This document shows positions 12,705-24,273 of a stretch of DNA of 64,000 nt, one piece after another. A program made the translations under genes and the position numbers. The notes beneath the pieces are model-generated. The model saw nothing but the letters and a program-made list of their open reading frames with translations, made no database searches and was not told the DNA's origin. How positions within the stretch are numbered: position 1 is the stretch's first letter; each line of letters opens with the position of its first letter. The stretch spans positions 793,895 through 857,894 of the forward strand of contig NMRA01000089.1 of assembly GCA_002633005.1 (NCBI GenBank). The letters run 5' to 3'. This stretch comes from Phoronis australis. Lineage: Eukaryota; Animalia; Phoronida.

Positions 12705-13710
12705 TTACATATGTTGGTCTGACATCAATTTTTTTTGTTTTTTTTGTTTGTCCGTTCTCTACAGGTCGCAATTTCGTCCAATTCGCATGAAATTTGCACA
12801 CGACGTGTAGATCAGAAAGTCCTGGAACCCTATTGTTTTTGGTCATGATCGGATTCAAAATGGCGGACATGGTGGCCATTTTGTTTCCGGTTTCAGATTC
12901 AAATGATCATAGAGGCCGCATTTTTTTGACGTACAAGGCTGAAAGTTGGTGTGATTATTACAGAACACATGTTCTACAACTGTGCCGAAAAACATTGACT
13001 TCTGATCAAAGATGGCAGAAATATTGACAATGGTGCATGCGCACCTCGATATCTGGCCGAAAACGTTTTCTCCTGTAGAGGGCGCATTGGCGAACCAATC
13101 ATTTTCAAACTGGTCAGGTGTTTGTTGCTATTGATTAGCTGTTATAAAATTTTGTTTAACCGGAAGTCAATTTCAAGATGGCGGCTCTGGCGCAGTTTCA
13201 CCCATTTTCAATCGTTCTACGGTCGCATTTTTAACGGTAAGAGCAAATGACTTGAATTTTTGCATGTGGATTCCTTGAAGTATGCTCTTTCAAAACTTCT
13301 GCAATAACGTTTTTCTCAGACTTACCGTTTTCGAGTTATTTGACTTTGAATTTCACAAAAACGCAAAATTACAATTTTTTCGAAAAATTTATGGAATGTT
13401 GTGAAACTGCCAGGTTACATAGAGTTTTGAACGGACTTTCAGAAGATATTTCAATTTGTCACTTTTTGAATTATTTTAGAGTTTCTAAAAACGCTGTTCT
13501 TTTGTTGACCGATTTTGCTGTTCGCCAAGTGTCGCTCAACACTGTAGCCTATTTACTGATTTCTCATATCTTCTGTAGTCACATGATTGTTAGTGTTGCT
13601 CATAATCGCCACCTTCATCGTCATAATCATCGTCATTAATTTCGCCTAGTGTCGTTCAAGATTGGAGGTTGCCCTGAACAGTCAGGTCGCGGCCACAGGG
13701 CATTTTCTAG
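12705..13710 (+). mobile_element. Non-autonomous Helitron/Helentron-like element
   Basis: Internal degenerate repeats of tctacaggtcgcaattt / ggtcgcattttt / aatggcgg type. The 3' end has a hairpin gccctg(13671)...cagggc(13701) followed by CTAG at 13707-13710. The left boundary is approximate. Confidence 0.45.
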
Positions 13711-14225
13711 TGTCTACAATTCATATGTCAGGTTTGGCTCGTTGTTCAAGGAATTTTTTGAAAACAGATGCTAGAAAACTGATTTACTTGTGTTTTTGAA
13801 TGAGGAAAGCCAAGTTTTTACCTACTTTTGGTGCAAACCGGTGGCTGTCATTTGCTATCAACCTCTGTTGTCTGCCGTCCGAGAAACCGGGTGCGTGAAC
13901 AAGACTGCAGCCTATTTCTTACTGCTTTCTTCGCTACTCACATGAATGTTATCGTGTTGTTCATAATTGCGGCCTTCATGGTCATGATCGTCTTCGTCCT
14001 CCCCATTGTCGTCTTTTCGATTAATTTCGCTAAGTGTCGCTCCTCCAAGCAGTCTCGCACTGTTGTCACTAAATCACCGGCTATTGAACAAGACTTACTT
14101 CTTCACTAGTCACATGAATGTTATCGTGTTGTTCATAATTGCCACCTTCATCGTCATAATCGTTGTCGTCCTCCCTATCGTCGTTTTTTCGATTAATTTC
14201 GCCAAGTGTCACTCCTCTGAGCGCT
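13555..14225 (+). repeat. Three copies of a ~110-175 bp direct repeat
   Basis: The unit tcacatga(a)t(t)gtta...cttcatcgtcataatc...attaatttcgcc.agtgtc occurs at ~13559, ~13937 and ~14110. Confidence 0.8.
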
Positions 14226-14693
14226 CTCGTTCTTATTATTGGCTCCACGGAGCGTCAGTTTCTCCTTTAGATCTATTGTCACAGAATAATGGAATACGTA
14301 AATGGTTAATCAATTATTGTTTGGTGAATAAGAATAAATATAGCCAGTTGCTGAAAAACGATAGTTTTGTAAAAATTTGCATTCTTTTGTGATGTGATTT
14401 GCTTTAGTACATCGTAATTTGTTTTTAATGTGAACATGTTTATTTGAGGGAACTTACCAAGTTAATGTTTCTTGGGCTATTCCAAGTTCACGCATATGTG
14501 ATCTTGAGATTAAGCAAAAATTCCAAGTTGAAACACTTCATGTAGACTGAAAATGGCCTCGTGGCAGCTCTAGGCCAGTGGTTGGTCAGCAGTGGACCTA
14601 TCGCAAGCTCCGCCTCCTTGCGAAAAGTCACGTGACGTGACACCCAAGAAACAAACAAGATGTCAGAGGCAAATACACTGTCGCTAAACAACG

Positions 14694-14763
14694 ATGGGCG
14701 GTGCACCACAGGGGGGCTGGGGGGTTGTAGCCCCTCGCTTTTTTCAGTGCTGCGCCGCCCATG
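14694..14763. mobile_element. ~70-bp mini inverted-repeat element (further copies at 41568-41637 and 41649-41714)
   Basis: Ends are (C)ATGGGCGGYGCA...TGCGCCGCCCATG with a shared internal G-run and ccc.ctttttcagtgc. Confidence 0.6.
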
Positions 14764-17426
14764 CCTTTCTGGTGGAATCGATAAGTGTTTTTTTGCACTA
14801 TCCGAAAACACTTCGACAAGGACAATAGGCGAAGCTTTTCAGCAAAGAATCCTACATTTATGTTGTGGGAATTTGCAAAAGTGACGATGAAAAAATAAGT
14901 GTTAACTTTGAGGAAAAGTATTTCGGAGCCAGCGAAAATCCGAAGAACCCCACACGGGGTTTACCTTCACCTGACAAATGACAAGGCCACTGATGCGTTA
15001 TGTTCTTGTAAATCTGGGTGTGTACCTTAAAGTAGAATGATCTGCACGATGCCGTAGATTTTAGGATCTTTCGAACAAAATGAGTGAAGATTCACTAATA
15101 TTTTTATTCTGTTGCATGTGGAGAATTTCTGGCTTACACTGATCATAGCTCAGATTCCCTCACCCAGACAACTTTTATGACGCCTATTCAGCACACCCTT
15201 TTTATTGATGTAGATCTGAGCTAATGAAGTGGAAAGATAATTGCTAGCATTACTGTCTCAACAATGGTTGTTGTGAGTACCCCCAGTTTGGTTTTCTCTG
15301 ACATTTGCAGAGTTACAGAATGCAAGTCTGGAGAGTAGTTTTAACTTTGTACATTATAAATATTACAAAATGACTAAAAAGGTTAACTTGTGTTTATTAT
15401 CACAAAGGGCCACTTCCCAAAGGAATGGTGTTTTTCAAATTGGTTTTATTTCCAGGAACGCGTTGAGAACTTTTTATTTAAGTTTTAAACTTGAAGTACC
15501 AAAAACAGTGGTAGATTTTGATCGCCAGCGAAACTTAATTAGTTAAGTTCATTGTGAGCCCATCCCTGAACTTTCCACATAACAGGTACACTAAACATTT
15601 CACGTGTTTATTAAAGTTCAATCTTTATTAGAACTCAATCATAAAATATATGTACAAAAGCGCAAATATGGTGATAACCTAACTGAAGATTTGGAATCTT
15701 TAGACAATTTTGGTGGCACTGACTATATAACTATTCTAGCCCACATGCGAGGCCTGCGCACGTCTGGTACAACGTGTATCAGACTGCCTGCAATTATTTT
15801 TTATTCTAGCTCTTTGTCAGTAATAAAAAATGAAAAGTGGGCACAAGTTAAGTACAACTGTTTCCTGGTCAAAAATCTGGTAAAACAAGATTGAAAGAAT
15901 ATTAAAAAAAATGAATCCATGTGATTCTGTTAACTCTGATCAGCGTTTGTATATCCACCGAGTATATTAATACGCACGGTATCTTCAATCGTACCCAATG
16001 GTTGTTGTTTTTAGATTATTAGTTCATCGACTTTTAACAATCGAAAACCATACTTGTTTTTTTTTTCCAGCTGAATATCGCCGTGGTGTTCGTTTTTAAC
16101 GAAAAATCAGTGGTAAATGCATTTTGAAAATTCGCCATTATTTACAGGCAGTGATGTTTACTACGGTTTATGGTTAGGTAATTACACTTAATTGGGTCTT
16201 GCTCGCATTGGGCAATGCCGTCATCACAACTGTACCTGACTCCGGCGCCGCGCTCTCTTTGATCCTGGTAAAAGCCGCTCAGGAGGACGAGCGGTGAAAA
16301 TTCCCGAATACCTTTAGAAATGCGTGACTTCCTTGAAAGCGTATTATTCATGGTATGGTCTGCTAAAATCCGCCAAATGAAAAGTAGGTCACAACTGCCC
16401 GTGAGACTCCCTGAGTAAAGTAGGTCGAATCGATAACACTGTTTACGCTTTTCTATTCTTCGAACAAAATATTTCGATTAAGAAATTCAGGGTTATAGCT
16501 CAAGTACACACTCATCTTGTCCAACGCGGTTGGTCTAGGGCTGTGTCCAAGTCGAATTAATGCACGTAATTGCACCGTTAAGACTATCCCTAGATTATAG
16601 TGCTTAGATCCAGCAGGTGCCGAGACAAAGGCTGCCAGACGAGTGGAACTCCGGAGTCAAAATCAGATAAGCCTACACTATAGCCATGAAACTGAAAAGC
16701 GTGTATCTTGGAACAAATATATTTGTGTTTAACCTTCGAGTAATCCAGCAACATTGCCAAGTTCAGCTACTCGTGTACGTGGCTGTTCGCACAGTTTGAA
16801 CACATAGTTTTTAAACTTTCGACACCACCTTTCGGTTTAGGAGATGCCCAAAAAATGACAGAATATTCTTCTTGAGCTGCATAACGGCTGTGAGAATTAC
16901 ACAGGCCATATCAACACCGTATCACCATTCTTATCACGCGGCTTGCAAACGCAGACGAAGATGTGTCAAGAATGTTGCGTTCTGATTGGTCAGTTAAGCC
17001 GTCAGTCGTAATCCTGGCGATATGTCAATTGACATGAAAGGTGTCTTTATTATTCTCTATTGTGGTGACACCAATGTAGGGCTAATTGGTCAGAATCAAT
17101 AAGGTGTCTCCTCTTCAGTTTATAAATTATATTGATTTGCTGTATAAGAGGTACTAGTTTATGAACATCCTGCTTGATCACCATTGTTTTCTGGCTAGCT
17201 GAGGTTCTTAAGACCCTTTCACACTAATGTCGACGTTGATGTGTTGATATTTTGAGAAGTTGCACTCAGTATGATCCTAGATCGAAGTTACCAGCGCAGT
17301 TAAAACAGAAGGATTTAACAGGAGTGTTGAGTATGGATGTTGTGCTACAGTCTCATCCAAGTTATTGCCAGGGGTCACTGCTATCGTCGGCAAGTAAGGG
17401 TCAGTGTCGTCTCTAATAGTTGCTTA

Positions 17427-18250
17427 CCGTATTCGCCGCAATAACCGCCCATGCCCCTATAAGCGCCCCCCCCACGCGTTTTCAGACTTTGCCAAAATAA
17501 GCACCCAGTCCATGAACGTGTACGTGCGAAAACCTACAGTCCTAAAATTCTACAGTAACATCTTCAATTTATCAAAAATATCCGACAGTCCTGAAAAAAA
17601 TCATTGTGCGCAAAATTTGTAGACCACGAGCCTCGCCGCTATGTCAGTATTTAGCCGTGACTATACACTTCAAACTTCTGCCATGCCTCAAAACAAACAC
17701 AAAAGTTCTGCTGATATTGCGAGGACCAATGGTCTGGCCTTTCAGAACAGAAGTAGTGTACTTGTCTACGGGACTGCTTTGTAGATTTTTCCCGCTTTCA
17801 ACAAGAATCCAAATTTCTTTGTAGGCCTACACGTGAAAACCGCAAATCGAAGACTAATAAAAAGCTTGGCCAGTGTTAAAAGCACGTGGCCAGGAAACGC
17901 TCGCTACATACATGAACCTTTCGTCAAAGACATTAGTCAGAACTATCCATTCATGAAATGGGTAGCATAGCATCGGCAAGAAATGAATATTGGCACTAAT
18001 TTCCGACAGTTTCTAATACTATCAAAATGTTTGCATTATTTTTAAGATGAATTAATTGATTAACCATAATTGGTGTTTTTAAGCCAAATATCCCATGAAA
18101 TGACCACTGACAGTGAGTGCCTACACACCCTTACACCGAAAAATAACTGTCAGATAGTCACATACGCCGCATCCAGCCACACGGCGACTAATATGGCCTT
18201 ACTGAGACAAATGTTGAACGTTGTTAGCGACACGAGACCGGCAAGTGCTA
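17427..18250. mobile_element. Truncated pogo/mariner-like DNA transposon end
   Basis: TA|CCGTATTCGCCGCAATAACCGCCC...ATAAGCGCCC terminus at 17425-17470. No matching opposite end was found, so the right boundary is uncertain. Confidence 0.45.
17550..17853 (-). pseudogene. Decayed HIRAN-like domain ORF carried by the transposon
   Basis: Manual translation gives SSICGFHV*AYKEIW...PVDKYTTSVLKGQTIGPRNISRTFVFVLRHGRSLKCIVTAKY*HSGEARGLQILRTMIF/SGLSDIFDKLKMLL*. It resembles the invertebrate RGYHVYK.IW...VGHVPR.IS..FL..GG...VTG...GLEIPC family and has 2 stops and 1 frameshift. Confidence 0.6.
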
Positions 18251-19534
18251 AATAAAACACGCTCTGGTTTAGGCCTACTGCTTGTGCAAATTTCTTTAGA
18301 TACAATGCACATCTAGCTCGTTAGATTGCGTGGCTCTGGCCAAAAGACGATATCTGCTCTGGCAAATGAACTCTGGTGACGCACATGTGCTCGCTTACTC
18401 ACAAACGCAGACAACTTCAAAACAAACGTCACGTGACAACAACATGTGTGTTCGTCCAGACATTTTTCTCATATTGCGCCGATCATACATGTAGATGGCA
18501 TGATGTACTGGCACAGATTTGTACTTAAACCTGCCGTGATCCCGACTCCACGGGAACTTAAAAATCTTAGGGACGCTACTTGGAAAACTTGAGGAGGATT
18601 TCCGGTAATTTGCTTGAGTCGAAACTGTATTTTTATTCAAGCATTGAAGTTGCCATATTGACATTGGCGACGCAGGAAGTCGGCGAGTTTTTGCCCTGGG
18701 ATTTCAGCACAATTTTCTGTAAAATGATCGTAATTTAGCAGCAAAGTTTTATAGCAATGCACCACGGTTTTGTAGAAAGTCTTTTCATAGGTTACAGATA
18801 CGTCACAGAGCGTAAATATGATGAATTTTAGCTTCCGATTTCACCCGTTTCGGAGACCGGGTTTCAACGGCCTTGGGTTAATTAGCAGTGATGTAAATGT
18901 TCTCAAATTGTCGCATTAAAAAAATCTTAGCACATACAGGATGCACAGCGCTACTTTGTGATTTCTTGGATGACGACGGCGTCACCTACCGTTTACTTCG
19001 ATGCGGTTAACTACCAAAGCTGGTATGAACGATTCAATTAACTTCAAAGTTTACATGCGGAGTTCAGTTGGTATGAAAGGGCTTTAGGTATCTATGTTAG
19101 ACCAAGACTGGGTGAAGCCGGTTATGAACAAACCTTTTGCCTTTGCATTTAGCCCGCAAAATCTAGAAAAGGCTTTAGCTGTCAACCTCAGTCAGAGTTG
19201 ATACCAAGTATCTACTGTTCTAATTCTGTGGAAAAATAAATTTTGATTTAGACCATGCACTAAACAGATTGTAAAACTGGTTTCGACTTGTCCGATACTC
19301 AGATCGGGTGTTTCCTGGAGCATTACTGGTTGAGACCAAGCTTAGCAGGGTCTTTTTCAGCTGGTCATTTTTATCATCGAGTGTGTTCATGGGCCAAATT
19401 AAGAGTTGTCAGTTCTCTCCATGTTCAGAAATCACTACTGCCAGTTAAGAAATGAGACTAGTGTTATAACAATGACTGAGTTTTTTGATAATTAGTGCAA
19501 CTGTACTGTAGATTTGAAATGTAAGTTTGATCTG

Positions 19535-20064
19535 AAGCGTGTTCAACAGAGTGAGCGCCTGCTAGCGTGTACTCGCGAACACAAGGAACAGCTCCTGAAC
19601 AGCTGTGAGCGCTCACTGTGCGATCCAGTGATGCGACTCTGAAGCAGATTGTGTTGAACGTCTTAGCCGATGAGCTTAACACTAACAGTCCTTCCTATAG
19701 CGTACTGAGCTATAAATATGATTAATCTTTGCCAAAAATATCGGCAGCCCAAGACAACAACCGTGAAGGCTTTGGCCCAACTAGAATCGAAAATTACGTC
19801 GAGGAAACTGTTCCTCGCTACAGCGACCCGCAATTTAAGTCGCAGTTTCGGATGAGTCGGTCAACTTTTGAGGTTATAGTTTTCGTGTTGCAGAACCATA
19901 ATGGGTTCATATGATGTTGCAGACGTGAAGCCTTCGCAGGACGCCATCTTGGAAATCTAAGCGAACATGCTCTCAAGGTTGTTCGCGAGCGCTAACGTGA
20001 ACACAGCTGTTCAGGACGAGGGCGCTCAAATCGCTCGCAGGCGCTCACTCTATTGAACACGCTT
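19535..20064 (+). mobile_element. PIF/Harbinger internal-deletion derivative (530 bp)
   Basis: TIRs AAGCGTGTTCAAYAGAGTGAGCGCCTGC at both ends with a CTG target-site duplication (19532-34, 20065-67). The internal peptide IENYVEETVPRYSDPQFKSQFRMSRSTFE matches the N-terminal F...FRMSR.TF motif of Harbinger/HARBI1 transposases. Confidence 0.85.
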
Positions 20065-20718
20065 CTGATGATACATTTGCTTGAACCTGACGTTTCTTAT
20101 CAGTAGGCATTAATGTTTAACTTAAGGTTATGTAGAACTGGAGAAAATTTGAAAAATTCCCTCTTTTGCACCAGGTTATCAAAAGTTGGACTCTTAAAAT
20201 AGACACAAAAGAATGATGTAAAAGGTTTTTTGAGAATCCATCGTGTGCATTTTTATTTTAGTGAATTTTGGACATGTTTACGACACTGTAGTTTGGCTAT
20301 GAAAATGTACCCATCTTTTTGTGAAATTTTACTAAAAAGACGTCTATACATGACTCAATTAATGTCAGACTGGTGCATGTGTCCAAAATGAAATTCTGCA
20401 GGTTTTCTGCTTTCAGCAGTATATATACTTTTGCTGTGTTAAACTGGTTTTTTAGATTCTTTACTAAATACATACACAGACTTGTCAAATAATGAGGTCC
20501 TAAAGTATTAGTGTAACAAGATAAATTATAAAATGACATCTACAGATGTCAAACATAGTGTGTAAACAGTTTCCAATCTATTACGAGTATTGGTAATTAT
20601 GATCAGTCCATTTGTCCATTGAACTTTATGGTAAAATTCATACTGGGATGCCAGCTAAGACAGCATTAATGCTTGTTGAACGGCTCTTGTAAATCTACAC
20701 TCTGAGAACCCTTTCCTC

Positions 20719-20862
20719 CCGTTCAGTAACGCTACGACCTGGCTAAAAAGTAAGACTTCGCGAGATTACGTGATATATTGCTGTGTATTTCAAATAAAAT
20801 CACGTGACTTTGGCTATAATTTTAGCTAGGTCTTAGCGTAGGTCCTAGCATTACTGAACGCA
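20719..20862. mobile_element. ~150-bp MITE family (other copies at ~25080-25210, ~41258-41395, ~60248-60395)
   Basis: Inverted ends CGTTCAGTAAYGCTA.GACCT; the copies share an internal agccaaaatcacgt...aaatacac core. Confidence 0.6.
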
Positions 20863-21630
20863 CGCCTGGTTCCCATTATCTGGTCAGACAGCAGCAACAG
20901 CAGTAATGTTACGTGGTGGCCCATTCTTTTAATTTTTTTTCGTTATTCATTTATTTTCTTACCGTTTTCTGTATCTGTTAGTACATAAAAGTACAGTTAA
21001 GTTAATTTGACAAGTTTTGACAGAACTCTCCCAGACTCCATGTATGATAAACTTCTTGCCAGAATTACCTGGCAGTTAAAGTAGACCTTTTGTCATAATA
21101 AAATAGGGATTTTGGCGAAATTTAGTTCAATAATTGTTTAATGTTTTGGATGTCCTTGCGCTGTATGTTGTTGGTGTGTTCTCAACAAACTGCATAGGGC
21201 AATGCCTGTTTAGATTTTGTAGAGATTTAACCTGCATTGAAACAGATTCTTGGTAAAAAGAAATAGATATTTAATGGTGGTTTTGTATATCAAAACCTTA
21301 CCGAATTTCGATGACATACAGTTTATTTTGAAAACTGCAGTCATTGATTTCGTCCAGACAAGGGACATTTACTACATTTTGTTGAATGAGACTCTGCCCT
21401 TATCATCAAACTTAATTTTAAAGTTGGAACCTATCAATCTTAATTGGTTTTTACATAAAATTTCGCCAACATAATAGCTATGTATTGATTCCTGAATTGC
21501 ACTGAGTGTATTAGCTTTTAACACAGCTGTGCTTGGTATATTGCGTTAGTTTAAGGCAATTGTGTATGGCACTTTGCGCGTAGAGGATGAATTATCAGCA
21601 GACACTGTATGCTTCCAACATTGTCTAAAA

Positions 21631-21783
21631 GGCCTTTTCCACTCCCTCCAAAGTTACCGAAGCGGTAACTTCGCTGAACTATAAGTCTGAAGTTGATGTA
21701 AAGTCTCATGTTCAGCATCGGGATAAACCAAAATTAACATCGAACCTTCGATTGTAGCGAAATTAAGAGTGTGGGAAAGGGCC
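21631..21783. mobile_element. Short Harbinger-like MITE
   Basis: Imperfect TIRs GGCCTTTTCCACTC / GAGTGTGGGAAAGGGCC. Confidence 0.4.
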
Positions 21784-22539
21784 GTAACTGCCATGTTTTG
21801 CTTACTTAAGAAGATGGAAATTACAGGATTTCAGTTGTTGGTATTTGATACCATATTATGAACTGCGTATGCAGATTTTGGTCCATCTGCTTTCATCCAA
21901 ACTTTCGTTTTTTTTTTTCAACAAACCATTTTTGCTCAAGTGTTCTGGAAATACACTTAGGGTAAAGCACCTCTACCAAAGCGTCACTTAGTTGAGTGTC
22001 TCTTGTACTGGCATGTGTCTTAACCTGGGCCGTGTTGTGTACTCAATGAATTGGAAACACACTGTCTTCCATTTGCATTTCATAAGTCAACTTGTAGTCA
22101 TATGCTGTTTCAAAAGCTTACTTTTTCAGGTTGTGCTTTCACTTAAGCACAATTTCGTGGTAATTGCTTCGGCCTAAATGTCCCAGAACTCAGTGAGAAA
22201 ACAATCTTTTACTTAGAAAATGTTGGCACTATATATCTCAAGAATGAAGTTTAACATTTGGTTGGTGATGCTGTGCATTGAGGTGTAGGTAGAGTGTCTT
22301 CAGGCGGGTTGGCATCAACTGATTTTGGTGACCTTCATCTCATTTTCAAGGTCAAGGTCATAGCAGAAATAAGAGTTTGACCAGGAAAATGTTGGCACAT
22401 TTCAAGTACGAAAGCATACATTTTGTTCGTATTTTGCACTAAGTGTAAGTGGGGTGTCTCAACACATCAGTTGAATTTGGTGACTTTGACATGATTTTCA
22501 AGGTCAAAGTGAGAAAGGTTGAAGCTACATTACATTACG

Positions 22540-22880
22540 GTAATATGACAACAGATGACTATAAGTTTCGGACCGATCTGAATACCACTGTGCCCCCTTG
22601 TGGCAATTTTAGTTTTTTACATTTGCCTCTGTATCTTTGGAAATCCTTGATGGACTTTCATAAAATTTGGCAAAAAGGCTTTTAATAAGCAGGTGATGAT
22701 ACCATTCCATTTTTGGACTGATTCGGCAGATTGTACGCCACCTTGTGGCCATTTTGCGTCCGTTTTCTGGCATCCGCCTCTCATCTGCCATGTTGCTCAA
22801 ACGATCATTGTGAAAATTTACAGATGTATTCATGATGAAAAGGCCAGACTGTAAGTGTAATTGAGTGATCATAGGCTCGA
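22540..22880 (+). repeat. Fragment of the Helentron-associated tandem-array family
   Basis: Shares the gtgccccc..gtggcaattttagttttttacatttgcctctgtatctttgg unit with 29090-30179, 39757-40086 and 44710-46223. Confidence 0.65.
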
Positions 22881-23237
22881 AATGATGTGCTGCACCTGGC
22901 TTATCTTTCTACAAAATATCAATACTGCACCCCATAAAACTACAGCCTTGAAACTAGTTGCATATATCTGCAGCCTTAGGGTACATACAGTATGGTTGCC
23001 CTGTGACAATTACTGGACTGTTCATTTTTTATAAATAAAGCATTAGAGATGGGGTTTGACGGCTAAAGTTATGTTTCTGAGCAGAACAAACATTATACGA
23101 TCATGCTGTTTGTAAACCTCAACTTTTCTTTCAGAACTATGGAAAATACAGTAAATGGAGAATACATTTAGTGGTTGAAAGGTCACTAATTAATGGACTG
23201 AACTGAAGGTGAACTCAGCAAACTGTGAGAAAGCACG

Positions 23238-24273
23238 ATGACTCTGAAACTGAGTGTGTTTGTGGTCCTCTTTCTTTATGTTGTTGAGAGAATTGAGGGT
23301 GACGGTCATTCTTCATGCACCTCTGCAGTTGGCAACAACACCTGTCACATACATATCAATGAAATTTTTAGAAAAGCCAGTGGCGTCATGGTGGAGCTGT
23401 TTTACGACGGGCGCATGGCCTGGACTCCGACTGATTATTATATCCTGGCTCACGTGGTGGACCCGTTAGGCTTTGACTATACTGTGCGGTATTTAAAACG
23501 AATAAATTGTACATTCAACTCAAACGGTTTCTGCATTATGCACTTGGGAGATTCCCACGTCACCATGGATCAGTTGGTTGGTGAAGGAACAAAAGTGATC
23601 GCTTTGTATAAAGATATTACCAGTAAACATTGTGATATCAAGAAGGGATCTACGCTTAAGTATCCAGCTAGTTGTGGTCTAGAGGCTGTCATTTTGACAG
23701 ATGGAAGTAGTGGAAACATGACCCATTTAAAAACATTGTTTCACCATAATTCATCATTCATAAATCAGGAACGGTCGTTTCATAATGGTCTTTCTGTCCA
23801 GCGTTGCTTACAGCTTGGTAACTCTAATCAGTATGGTTACAACGTGCACACCGCCACGCCCATGTCTTTCAATAACTGTACTCTGCCTAATGTAACAATC
23901 AACGAATTTGATTTCAACGCACAGTTCCTTGAACTCCGTGGTATGCCGAATATGAGCCTACAAAACATTGTCCTAGTTCTATACTCCAGCCACTTTAACC
24001 ATGCTTACAAAACTATCAGCTTGGATCGCGATTGTATTGGCGCGAGTGGCTTTTTCGTGATTGGTTCAAGCAATGACACAGACAAAAAGATTGCTCATCG
24101 AGAATGGATGCAGGTGGGCAGTAATGCGGTTGCTCTCTATTTTGGTGATGAAGCGGACTTTCCGGAAGCTGTGGCGCCTGTAGATAAAGACCCCCGACTG
24201 ATTGATGCGTTAGTGTATGGTGAAACAACGGATGACACCGTCGCTACTACATTGATTTCCCTACTCATCAAAG
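23238..24273 (+). CDS. LTD-repeat protein exon 1 (signal peptide, repeat 1, most of repeat 2)
   Basis: MTLKLSVFVVLFLYVVERIEG...ISLLIK-G|gtttgt; acceptor tttcag ends at 23134. Confidence 0.88.

Noticed and set aside
13828-14392. Two hydrophobic ORFs resembling membrane proteins
   Set aside because: They are translations of a duplicated (TCR)n-rich non-coding repeat, with no exon structure.
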